Positions 52,744-64,000 of a DNA stretch of 64,000 bases are shown here, one piece after another. The notes below the pieces were generated by a model, which had not been told where the DNA came from, did not search any database, and saw only the letters and a list, made by a program, of their open reading frames with translations. Origin of the DNA: Callorhinchus milii. Taxonomy: Eukaryota. The number at the start of each line of letters is the position of its first letter. The stretch's first letter is position 1. The position numbers and the translations under genes were made by a program. The stretch is taken from contig NW_024704743.1 of assembly GCF_018977255.1 (NCBI RefSeq), forward strand, positions 100,566,001 to 100,630,000. Direction: 5' to 3'.

Positions 52744-53219
52744 ATAACTGGAGTTAAACTATTCCCCCCACATCCCCAAAGTTTGAGTGCCCAGCCAGTA
52801 GTGTGAAGCACTTCTCCCAATGTGAAAGGCACTATATAAATGTAAATTATATTGTGAATTAAAAGGTACAGGAGGGAATACAATTGTTGATGAAAACAAC
52901 CTGGTGATCTTACTCTGTCTTGTATTACTTTGGGTTCAACAGTGTATTCTTGCTGGTGAGGCTCACAAAATGGAGCAAGACCTATGCCAAATATGCAGCT
53001 TAATTACAGCCTCATATTGAGTGCCAAGGTCTATAAGTTCAACAGCTTCCTCTGTGGTTGCTCTGAGAGCTTAAACTGAGCTTACAGCCAGGGATCATGA
53101 TCTTGAATCTCAGCTGTCAATCAACATGGCCTTTCCCTCACTGAAACAGTTATTGTCAGTTCTCAGGCTGCCTATAAAGGGCTTGCAGCAACATTAGAGT
53201 AAGTAAGTAATAATCAAAA

Positions 53220-53665
53220 TAATAATCCTTGAATTTGATAAATTGCCTTCTCACATCAGGAGGAGTCTCAAAGCGCTTCACAGGATTTACTGTGAAGTGT
53301 AGTGACTGTGCATTTTTTTAGGAGAACACAGAAGCTAATTTGTGCGCAGCTGTGTCCCACAAATAGCCATGGAGTGTATGACCAATTTTATTTCATAAAT
53401 TGTTGGCCAGAGCACCAGAATAAACTCCCTTCTTTTTTTGAACAGTGCCATAGGATTTTTAACATCCATCTTCATGGGCAGATGGGGCATCGGTTTAATA
53501 TCTCATCCAAAGGACAACAACTCTGACAATACAACATCCCCCAGCTCCCCACCTCCCCATTTCATTTATGCATTGGAGTGTCAGCCTAGACTGTATGGGT
53601 TCAAAATCCTGAGGGGGCTTGAATGCACAACCTTCTAATTCTGAGACAAGCAAGCTACCAACCAT
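53220..53665 (-). mobile_element. DeuSINE-type SINE
   Basis: Reverse complement tail, tttaatatctcatccaaagga, cacaaccttctaattctgagac. Confidence 0.75.
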
Positions 53666-53732
53666 TTCAGGGCAATACCTTTTATTGGGTGATCATGTTA
53701 TCATAGTGGAGTCCTGTAGCACGGTGGTTAGA

Positions 53733-56022
53733 ACAACAACAACAACAACTTGGATTTATATAGCGCCCTCCACACCGGACGGTGTTTCAGAGTGCTTCAC
53801 AGTAACGGATCTCAGGGTCGAGGCAGGGGGAGGGGGAGGAAGGTGACCAAAGCCACGGTCGAAAAGAAAGGTCTTCAGCAGAGACCTGAAAATAGGAAGA
53901 GAGGGGGCGAGGCAAAGGGAGTGAGGAACGGAGTTCCAGAGCCTCGGGGCATAATGGCTGAAGGAACGGCCACCAAGGATGGAGTGGAGGACAAGGAGGA
54001 GGCCAGACCCGGAGGAACAAAGGCAACAGGCACTGTTTTGAGGAGAGAGGAGGTCAGAGAGGTAGGGGGGTGCAGAGGAGTGGAGGGATTTGAAGACAAG
54101 GGTGAGGATCTTGAAATCGATCCTCTCTGGGACAGGGAGCCAGTGCAGTCTGGCAAGGACTAGAGTAATCGGGGAGCAGAATTTGGTGCGGGAGAGAATG
54201 CGGGCGGCAGAGTTTTAAATAATCTGGATTTACGGATGGTAGTAGAGTGGAGGCTGGCAAGGAGGGCGTTTGAATAGTCCAGTTGAGAGGTAACAAAGGC
54301 AATGACCAGGGTTTCAGCAGCTTTCGGAGAGAGGTATTGGAGGAGACGGGCGATGCGTCGGCGGTGGAAGAAAGCAGTGCTGGTGAGGGACCGGATGTGA
54401 GGGAGGAAGGATAATTGGGGGTCAAACCTGAACTCTAGATGCGTACGGATTCGGAGAGTTTTAGGGGGAGGTCGGGTAGGTGTAGGAGGTGAGAACCATG
54501 AGATTTTAGACATTGACAAGAGCCAAAGAGTATGGCTTCCGTCTTGTCAACGTTCAGCTGAAGGAAATTTGCGCTCATTCAGCCCCTGAGGGTCGCAAAG
54601 AGAGGTGGAAAAATAGAGTTGGTTGTCGTCCACATACACGTGGAAATATACCCCATGTCTGCGGATGACATCCCCAAGAGGGAGCATGTAGATCAGAAAG
54701 AGGAGGGGGCCAAGGATGGATCCTTGGGGTACCCCGCAGGTAACCGGCTGAGAGCGGGAGGCGAAGTCATTTGTGCAGATGTACTGCTGGCGGTTTGTGA
54801 GGTAGGACTCGAACCAGGCGAGTGCGGTCCCACTGAGGTGGATGACGGAGGAGAGGCAGAAGCAGATGGCATGATCGACTGTGTTGAATGCGGCGGAGAG
54901 ATCCAGCAGGACAAGGAGGCAGAGAGAGCCCTGGTCACAGATAGAGAGAATGTCGTTTGTGACTTTTACAAGCGCAGTCTCTGTACTGTGGGCAGAGCGG
55001 AAACCGGACTGGAGGGGTTCGAAGAGGGAGTGGGAGGAGAGGTGTGCGCGAAGTTGGTTGGCAACAACACGTTCTAGGACTTTTGCAAGGAAGGGCAGGT
55101 TAGAAATAGGGTGGTAGTGGCTGGGATTTGAGAGATCTAGGGAAGGTTTTTTGAGGGGGGTGATGACAACAGTTTTGAGGGGAACAGGGACTGATCCGGA
55201 GGAGAGGGACTGGTTGATGACGTCAACCACTAGTGGGCAGAGGAGGGGGAGCTGGGTAACCAGCAAGTTGGTGGGGAGGGTATTGAGACAGCAGGTGGTG
55301 GAGTTTCATGGAGGTAATGGTGGGTGAGAGGGAGGAGGGAGAGATAGGGAGAAAGGAATGTAGGATGGGGGAGGTGGTAGGAGCAGATGATGGGGAGGGC
55401 AGGGGGACAGAGAGGGCATGGTGGTGGGTGACAAGAGGCAGGTGGATGAGGCTGCCTTGCGGATATTGTGTATTTTAGGTGAAAAGAAATCCATGACCTC
55501 CTCACTCTTGGCATTTGATATGAAGATTGAGGAGGCCTGAGGGGGGGCACCGAGGAGGTAGTGGGTGGTGGAAAAAAGGATTTTAGGTTTGTGTTTATCC
55601 TCCAAGATGATATTGGAGTAGAAGGCCGTTTTTCCGCGTGTCAAAGAACGGCAGTAGCTGTGGAGATGGTCGAGCCATAGTTGGCAGTGAACTGTCAGGC
55701 CAGTTTTCCGCCATCTGCGCTCGAGCAGCTGGGGCTGGGATTTTAGGCAGTGGAGATGGTTGTTGTACCAGGGGGATCAGGTTGGTTTGGAGATGGTCCT
55801 GGATTTCAGGGGGACGAGGGAGTTGAAGGTGGACGAGAGGCGATCATGGAGTAGCTGGACGGCTGCTTCAGGATCTCCACGGGTGGTAGGCCAGAGGGAT
55901 AGAATGTTTGATGATGTTAGGGCCTTTTTGAGGTCTCGGGGTAGTCTTTTTTAAGGGCTGTAGAGGATGGTTGAGGGCTTGGTGGAGGAGACAGGGATGT
56001 GAGAGGAGAAGGAGATGAGGAA
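53733..56022 (-). mobile_element. L2 LINE, ~2.3-kb 5'-truncated copy with RT domain
   Basis: ORF 54547-55266: YHPISNLPFLAKVLERVV, QSGFRSAHSTETAL, LLDLSAAFNTVDH, GVPQGSILGPLLF, YVDDNQLY. Confidence 0.95.
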
Positions 56023-56025
56023 AGG

Positions 56026-56230
56026 TAGTGGACCTGAAACGTTGACTCACTCTCCTTTCTCCATAGATGCTGCCTGACCTGCTGAGTGTTCCCAGCAACT
56101 TCTGTTTTTGTTTCAGATTTCCAGCATCTGCAGTGTTTTGCGTTTTGATTTGGACAGCTCTTTTCAAAGAGCCGGCACAGACATGATGGGCCAAACGGCC
56201 TCCTTCTGTGCTGTATAATTCTATGATTCT
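56026..56230 (+). mobile_element. 5'-truncated Penelope-like repeat fused to a CR1 tail
   Basis: ggacctgaaacgttgactcac..gatgctgcctgacctgctgag..cagcatctgcag then ttggacagctcttttcaaagagccggcacag..ttctatgattct. Confidence 0.75.
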
Positions 56231-56892
56231 TGCGAGTTCTGGTACCGAACAGAAGGAAGAATCTAAAAGGGAACTCAGGGAAAAAGAGAAATGGTAAATT
56301 GAAATGTCCCTAAGTGTATTAATTTTAGCAATGCAAATTGTCTCTGCTCACTCAACCTGGCTCCTTCAGTTTCATCACTTATTTCTGAGCAAATTATTTC
56401 TATATTCAAAGGAGATTGGATTGCAATTAAGAACCTTCTAATGCCTCCACCGTTTCAGAGTAAAATAACAGAACTTTGCTTTAAAACGAGAAGGTATGTT
56501 GGAATTCTGCTCCTCTCTCACATTGTGCTTCCATTTTAACATCTTTGATATCCGGTCCTTATCTTTGATATCGGTCATCTTTCTTCCATTCCCTCTGGTA
56601 ATCACCCACAGCTTGGGTGCCCAGCCACTCAGTGTCAAGCACTTTGAAATGTCCTCCTGATGTGAAAGACGCTGCATCGATGTATATTGTAATGTGTCCT
56701 AAGCCCTTTGTAATTTTGTGCCTCTAATCATACACCCACTGTAACTTAGCTCCTCTGGCATCATGCATCTCGCCAATTCACAAGTACAAATCACCTGTTC
56801 CATCAGCATAGCCTTTTCACGATGAGACATTTTTTTTTATGAAAAGAGGCAACTCAACAAAAATAAGTAAAAGCTCCATTTATTAAATACGA

Positions 56893-57795
56893 TCAACAAC
56901 AACGTCCATTTCTATAACGCCCTTCACGCGGGGTAGCTTCCCGGAGCGCTTGACAGTGGCTGAGTCTGACCCAGAACCAGGCAGAGAGGGAGGGGGAGGT
57001 GACCAAAAGTGTGATCAAAAAGGAAGATCTTTAGGTGGGATTTGAAAGTGGGGAGGGATGGGGCAAGGCGCAAGGATTCAGGGAGAGAGTTCGAGCATTT
57101 CAAGACATAGTGGCTGAAGGCACGACCACTGATGGTGGAGCGGAGGAGACAAGGGACAAACAGGAGGCTGGAGCCAACTGAGCAGTAGAGGAGTGGGGCA
57201 TAAGCAGATGGGATAGGTAGGGAGGGAGGGCATGAAGGGATTTGAAAACGAGTGAGAGGATCTTGAAATCGTTCCTGGTCACAGAGAGAGAGAGGATGTC
57301 ATTTGTTATTTTGCTGTGGGCAGAGGGAAAACTGGACTGGAGGGTTTTGAGTAGGGAGTGGAAGGAGAAGTGTGAGCGAAGTTGATTTGCTACCATTCAT
57401 TCTAAAACTTTGCCCAGGAAGGGGAGGTTTGAGGAGAGTCTGAAGTTTGTGAGGTTGGATGGATCGAGGGTAGGTTTTTTAAGGAGAGAGTGATGACAGC
57501 GGTTTTGAGGAGGAGTGGAACACAGTCTGAAGAGAGGGACTGGTTGGTTGTGTCAGCCAACAGTGGGCAGAAGAAGGAGAGTTGAGTGACCAGAAGCTGG
57601 GTGGGGAGAGGGTCGAGGCAGCAGGGGGTGGGTTTCATGTGGGTGATGGTGGGGGAAAGGAAGGAGAGGGAGATGGGGACAAAGGAGTGTAGGGTGGGGG
57701 CCGTGGTAGGAGGAGAGGATGATGAAAGAGGCGGGGGTGGGGAGGAGGAGGCAGCCAGGCGGATGATATCTATACAGTCAACGATAGAATCATTC
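56893..57795 (-). mobile_element. Decayed, internally deleted L2
   Basis: CLDPLPTQLL..VPLLLKTAVIT, VANQLRSH, FKILSLVFKSLH; (AAC)n tail. Confidence 0.85.
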
Positions 57796-59013
57796 AGTCC
57801 GCTTCCTGCATGTACTGGGCTCAGAGCAACTGAGCACTGCACAGCAATAGCCACCTATTGCTCGACATCCAGTTGCATGAAGTGACAAAATGATGTCGTT
57901 TGACAGTCAGGCAGTCAACACACCGTGAACTGGTAAAGTGCCTTAGCATAGCTTAAGAAAGGGATCACGCCAGTCACGTGTACAATTGCCCAGAGATTTC
58001 TCATCTGAAATGGCAAAACTGTTGTGATAGGCACTGTGGCTGTTGCCGATCGTTAGTGTTAAAACTTAATTCTCCTGTCAGTCTGTGCTATCATCACCGG
58101 CACAAAAATATAGCTATCGCACTGTCTGCATTCTTCAGATGATGCATCTTGAGGTAAGGCCAGATATCGGGGCGACGAGGTGGGTGGGTTCTGTTTATTT
58201 AAAGCCTTCACAACACTGTGTTTTAGCTGACACTGAGTCACTCCTATTGCAATGATAAAAATGCTCACTGTTTTTCATTTGTCCCGTGGAATCTTTATAA
58301 ATACGAAAACATGGGGGAATAAATCCTATAAGAAATTAGCAAATATACATCAAAAAGCTGTGTGAATTTCATTTAAAAGGTAATTCTCACGAGTCCCATA
58401 GAATTGTGCACAAGATACCCCGAAGGATCTGCTGGGATTTTAGAGGAGACAATCCAATAAGCTTTTTTTTCTGTAAGAGCATTTACTCAAGACAATTTGT
58501 TACACAGATCAGCCTTCAGCTCCAGTGATTCAGTCTTACTGGAAACAAATATATAGAAAACAGCTCTCCCCCCAACCCCAACCCCAACACCCCAATGTCC
58601 TCCTCACCCCCTCAACCTACCCCCACCCCACACCCAACTACAGACTACAGGGAAGCCTTAGCGTTTGATGTGGACTGGCAGCTTGTGCCCCCCACTGTCC
58701 AGCATCCATCAGAGTACATCTTGAACAACACACACAAACATTGCACGTTGAGGAAGTCACTATTTTCAATAGCAGGACAGCGAGCTGGAAGCTCATTATT
58801 GTACAGTCACTCCATGTGGTTCATGCAGAAACCGTGGATATATTCAAAATGAGTAAACCAGGGGAGAGGACGCAGTAGAAATCTTTTCAGCATTACCCAC
58901 TCTCTAACCTGTTCTCTGGCACACAGGCACAGATAAGAGAGGAGAGCAGCTCTTGGCTTTAAATGATGTCGCTGTACTTTTGCTGAAAGGGGTTTCATGA
59001 GGTTTCTGTGCTG

Positions 59014-59040
59014 CAGACAGACAGACAGACAGACAGACAC
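59014..59040. repeat. (CAGA)n microsatellite
   Basis: cagacagacagacagacagacagacac. Confidence 0.9.
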
Positions 59041-60136
59041 ATCCACAGCTCGCACTGTGGGCGATAGAAGCACATTTCAGGAATTGGGTTGCGATTTAAA
59101 GGTCCCTGCGCCCAGAGCCAAGCCTGAGCCCTCCACCCGAGAGGTTGTGAGGGGATGGGGCTGAGCATTCAGCTTTGCCAACAGTGAATTCAGCACTTCC
59201 ACACACCAGAACTGGTCCAGATCCATCTCTGCGTGTGCTGGGGCGCACTTTCAGGGGAAGCGATCTGTTGAAAAACAGCTCTGATCGGAGTGGCGTGGGG
59301 TCTGCAATAATGATCTGCTTCGGATGAAAGAGATTATTTTCATCCAAACCCCCCCCACCCACCCACCCCCCACCCCCCCCCCCCCCAACCCCAACCTTCC
59401 TAAAATGCCTCGAAACCCCACTGCGAAACAAACCTGAGCTCCTCGACAGCTTCACACTGGAAGGTACAAACCACTGTGCTGGAGAGCGCACACACCAATG
59501 TTCCTCTTGAGTTTATCTCACGACAGCCACCAGTCTGCCTCCACAGCTGTGAGTGCAGTGCCAGGGCAATGCTGAACTGAGACTGACCCAGACTGACAGG
59601 CAAAGGGGATGTATGGATGTGCATGGCAACGGTTTGACAAAAGAGGGATTTAGCAGCTCACACTGAAAACAAAAGCACTCACCTCTTTGCAGGGGTCACT
59701 CTCTGAACAGAGCACGTGTGTGGAAAAATACACCTAAATCCTGAATGGTGCCCTCTCTCCAGCAAGATCCACTTGTCCAGCAGCCTCGTTGCATGTCACT
59801 CTACAACATGTAGTGACTAGGAATGGTGAAGCACATCCTCACAGCCTGCACCTGATCTGCTGCAGCACCAAATGTCTCGAGAGAGAGAGGGGGGAAAAAT
59901 ATAATACATGTAGATGGAGGAACAAAAGCTGCTACAAAGACCTGGAATGGACAATAACTCCTGAGAGATTCTGGATCAATCTGTTTCCCAGGCGTAAGGA
60001 AAAGGGATTGATTTTCCCCCTTTTAACTTGAAGGCAGTGAAACAATATTGCGGAACGAGTTACAAGGTTCACTTCGCTGCGAGTTCTTCTGCTAAGATTA
60101 ATGTTAAACTCCTTCTCCTTTGAGGCATACATTCAC

Positions 60137-60293
60137 TGATGTCATGCTAGCCTGGCCCCATATATGGTGCGGTCTTCCTGTGAGCTGTCAGTAGATTTCA
60201 TTCATATTAGTTTGTGCTGTGAGGTTACTGACATCTGGAGACCCAAAAGGAGAATGCCATGAGAAAAGTATTATCAGGGCTCGGCACGTCACG
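60137..60293. promoter_or_regulatory. Candidate serum-response-type element (CArG + ETS + CRE-like sites)
   Basis: CCATATATGG at 60158-60167, CTTCCTG at 60174-60180, TGATGTCA at 60137-60144, CACGTCACG at 60285-60293, within a ~2.7-kb stretch lacking recognisable TEs. Confidence 0.45.
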
Positions 60294-60609
60294 TTCTCAA
60301 ACAGGGATCTGCGGTTAATAGGATTATCAGTTTCTGGAAATAAAATCATTAAAGACTCTGTTCAGGCCTGGCTGCTTCCATTCTTCCAGACAAATTTGAT
60401 TTTGAATTATTTAAGTTTAGGTTTCTCCCTTGCGTTCATATAAAATCATTTAAGTCAACCTTTATTCAGCACGGTTAAAACATTTTTTACACACGCTTCA
60501 TTTCCTATAACAAAACTGCTGCTGAATTGGAAGCATTATTCCAGACAGTGCTCAATTATAGACTTGCACTATTCTGGAAAGTGCACTATTCCAATGCATA
60601 TGAACTATA

Positions 60610-61050
60610 TGTTTCAGCCTGGCTTAGTAACAGCGCTCTCGCTTCTGAGTCAGAAGGTTGTGGGTCAAGCCCCAAGTCAGTACTTGGAATCACATAGTCC
60701 AAGATGACACTCCAATGAGGTGTTGGAGGGTGTTATATTCTCAGAACTGCTATCCTTCAGATGAGACGTTAAACCAAGGTCCTGTCTGCCTGTTCGGGGA
60801 TTATTAAAGATCCCATGTCAGTATCCAAAAAGAGAAGGCAGTTTCTCCCGGTGTCCTGGCCAACAAATCTACAAAATTAAATTGGTCACTCGCTATCGTT
60901 GTTTGTGGGACATTGCTGTGTGGATACTGACTGCCCCATCTTCGCCCACAAAATACACAATCAATCAACGTTACAGTATATCCTGTGAAGCACTTTGAGA
61001 GTCTCGACAACATGATAAGATGCTATATCAAATGCCAGGATTATTAACTA
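60610..61050 (+). mobile_element. Full-length DeuSINE-type SINE
   Basis: tcagcctggcttagt..ctctcgcttctgagtcagaaggttgtggg..ccttcagatgagacgttaaaccaaggtcctgtctgcc..ccggtgtcctggccaac..tail. Confidence 0.85.
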
Positions 61051-62019
61051 TTACAATGTACGTGAACAATTTATGCTTGAATGAATTAGCGGTCAGCCAC
61101 CAGCAACCATACAATAGCAACCTTGTACTCGTCGTCTCTTTTGAGAGAGGAAGGCAACAATAGACCAAGTGACTTGTGTGAATATGGATCTATAATTCCT
61201 TTCTTTCCTAAAACATGCAAACTTGCTTGGAAGGATTTCATTGGAAATTATTAGGTAATGCACAAAAATAAAAAAATCACCAAACATTTGAGAAATGTAG
61301 GATTTTTTAAAAATAGAAACGAAATAGAATTAATTTTGTCTTTGATCTGTTTGAGGTATTTAATCCGGACAAAAAGCAGCAGAGTGTTCATCTGCTCGTA
61401 TCAATATAAAAAACCCAGACGGAGTAAAACAATTCATTTTGAGCCCTTCACTAATCCAGTTTGTTGCTAATGAAATAAAAAGCCGATTTGCATACCTGTC
61501 AGTGATGGCTAGTAGCTCATGTGGGAAGTAAGCACGACATTTGCTAAACATTCAAAAGATGTCTTCCCTGCTTAACCAGCACCATTGAATTAATGTTGTT
61601 CTGTGGCATTCTTCAACTGTAGCCAGGTGCTTAAGGCACAGTCTTCAACCCAAGAAAAGTCCCATTAAGAAATTTGTTGAGTAAATGAAACAGTAGAAAT
61701 AGTGCAAGGATCGTCTTAAACAATCTATTATTAGCACATTCTTTGGGGAGAAGTTGAAACCAATTTAAAGGGATTCTGTCATCTGCCAAAATCTTTTGCA
61801 GATTTAAAAATGAATCATGCACAGTAATGATACACACGATACAATTAACCTCAGCGTACTGGAGGCACTGCATCTCTGATATATGAGGGTGACAAAAAGC
61901 AGATTCAATGTAGTAATTGTCACTGGTGATAATTATTGCATCCAAATTCATGCTTCTCACCTATGTTAGTAATTGGCCAAGGGAGAACCAAACCCTCTCC
62001 AACATTGTAATAGTGGCCC

Positions 62020-62245
62020 AACAACAACAACAACAAGATTCCATTTATAAAGCGCCTTTCACGTCAGGAGGACGTCCCAAGGCACTGCACAGTTGGGTCA
62101 TGACCCGAGCAGGGGGGAAATGGTCAGGGTGAGGGAAGGGAGGGAGCAAGGAGGGGGGAAATGGTCAGGGTGAGGGGAGGGAAGGGAGGGAGCGAGGAGG
62201 GGGAAGAGAGTCGAGAGGGGAGCTGAAGGCACGGTCAAAGAGAAA
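62020..62245 (-). mobile_element. L2 3' tail with internal ~42-bp tandem duplication
   Basis: aggggggaaatggtcagggtgaggg..ggag occurs twice (~62111 and ~62152); single in the sister copy at ~21870-21925. Confidence 0.85.
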
Positions 62246-63369
62246 GGCCCAAAGTCCTTACCAGGGCAGTTGAGCTGATATCTGGCAATATCCAACCGGC
62301 TGCTCTGCTAATCATAGCATTTCAGGCTTTACCAACTTAACCTGTTATTTCAGTGCCAGCATTCCATGCATTCCATGGAAGGATTGAGGATTGCAATGCC
62401 CAACCCAAGGTCCGTACAAGGAGTTTTGGACCCAACCATTTTCACAAAGCCGTGGGACAGGGGACACCGGGGAGGTATTCACGCACTGACAGTCATCAAC
62501 TCGGACATTACTGGGAGCATAAATGAATGTGATTATCACCAGTGATGATTACTTTGTTCCCCCCTCTAAGTTATGAAAACCTCGGTCAATATACTCCATA
62601 GAAAGGATGTTGTGCAGGAGGCTTTTTTTGCCACTTCCTGGCACGGGCCTTTTTCATTTGCAGTTTTCCTCTTCAACGCTATTATCAACCTCTTTGCCAC
62701 AGATCATGGCTACTCCCATAATACTCTTCAATCTTTGCTGTGAATTAATAAAAAGCTACGTGCAAAAAAAATCAGTGTTGCTGCAGAGGGGCCTTTGCCG
62801 AGTTGTGTTTCATAACAGGTTCTTCCTGGTCATTACAGGAATGGCCTGAACACCGTGTGCTGAAGCTATCTTCAGCTGGCAAGTGTTACAGGCACTACAG
62901 ACAATTTTGTAGCAGTAGCATTCTGTACTTTCATAAGAGCCCCATGCTTCATTTTCAGTTCTACAAACTTCTAAATTAACGATGGCAAAGAGAAATCGTT
63001 GGTTATGAACATCCAGCAAGACAGAAATTAGATACTTCACTCCTAGAAGTAACAAAACAATTTGGCCAACAATCCAGTCAGTTAAAATTGGCCATTCACT
63101 TCAAGGTCTGAGATTTTCATATCTTAAGATGGGGAGAACAAAGGAATCCATGATAGGACAGCTTCTGTTTGTTTATTTGGTTGGATTGTGCTCATGAAAA
63201 TAGGATTGATATGCCAAATGTTCTTCCTCATTCCATGATTTTTGTGTTTATTCTGTCTTTCACTCTCATATGTTTTCAGATATGGCACAATATTTAGATA
63301 AGCCAGGTTTTTATTTAATTGAAAATAGTCTCTAAAGGCTAATGGTTTGGCAAGTCACGTACAACACCA

Positions 63370-64000
63370 CCACCACCAATAACATAATTACATTTGATAG
63401 CGCCTTTCACGTCAGGAGGACATCCCAAGGGCCTGGGGGTAAGGATTGGGGAGGGTGGAGGGCAGGGGAGGTAAGCAGCGTGATCAAAAGCACGGTCGAA
63501 GAGGAGGGTTTTGAGATGGGTCTTGAAGGAGGCAAGGAAGGGGTTGAGGTGGAGGGACTGCGGGATAGAGTTCCAGAGGGTACTGGCAGAGTGGCAGACA
63601 GCTTGCCTGCCAATGGTGGGACAGGCGAGACGGGGGATGTGAAGCAGACCAGAGCCCGCTGAGCGGATAGCGCGGGCAGGATGGTAGGGGGTTAGGAGGT
63701 CACAGAGGTAGGGGAAAGCAAGGCCATGGATGGCTTTGAAGGTGAGGACCAGAATCTTGAATTGTATGCTCTGTGTGATGGGAAGCCATTGGAGTCGGGT
63801 GAGGATGGGGGTGATAGGGTCGAGGAGCCTGTGCAGGATAGGACACGGGCTGCAGAGTTCAGGATGATCTGCAGCCTGTGGAGGGAGGAGTTGGCGTGGC
63901 CAACGAGTAATGAGTTTGCATAGTCAAGTGTGTTATGAATGCGTGTATGAGGGATTCGACGGCCTGCGGTGTGAGACAGTGGCGGAGCCGGGGTGATGTT
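63370..64000 (-). mobile_element. L2 3' fragment running off the window end
   Basis: Closely parallels 9567-10200. Confidence 0.9.

Overview
Vertebrate, repeat-rich, non-coding-looking DNA (intergenic or large intron). The repeat families point to a cartilaginous fish, possibly a holocephalan, but this is inference. No host protein-coding gene can be supported: the recognisable ORFs are LINE fragments or their antisense frames. Contents: many L2 and CR1 LINE pieces (one apparently full-length, single-ORF L2 at 20.3-24.0 kb, in a three-deep L2 nest), DeuSINE-type SINEs, a younger tRNA-Ala-headed SINE with a CORE-like segment that shares the L2 3' stem-loop, a ~200-bp palindromic MITE family and a G-rich minisatellite. 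The most interesting signal is a short Penelope-like repeat carrying a minimal type I hammerhead ribozyme: intact at 1501-1537 (-) and 31908-31944 (+), and decayed or truncated at ~38.97 kb and ~56.03 kb. Also noted: a CArG+ETS+CRE cluster near 60.15 kb with possible minus-strand non-coding exons, and two locally duplicated unique-looking elements. Repeat boundaries were read by eye and are approximate unless a TSD is given.
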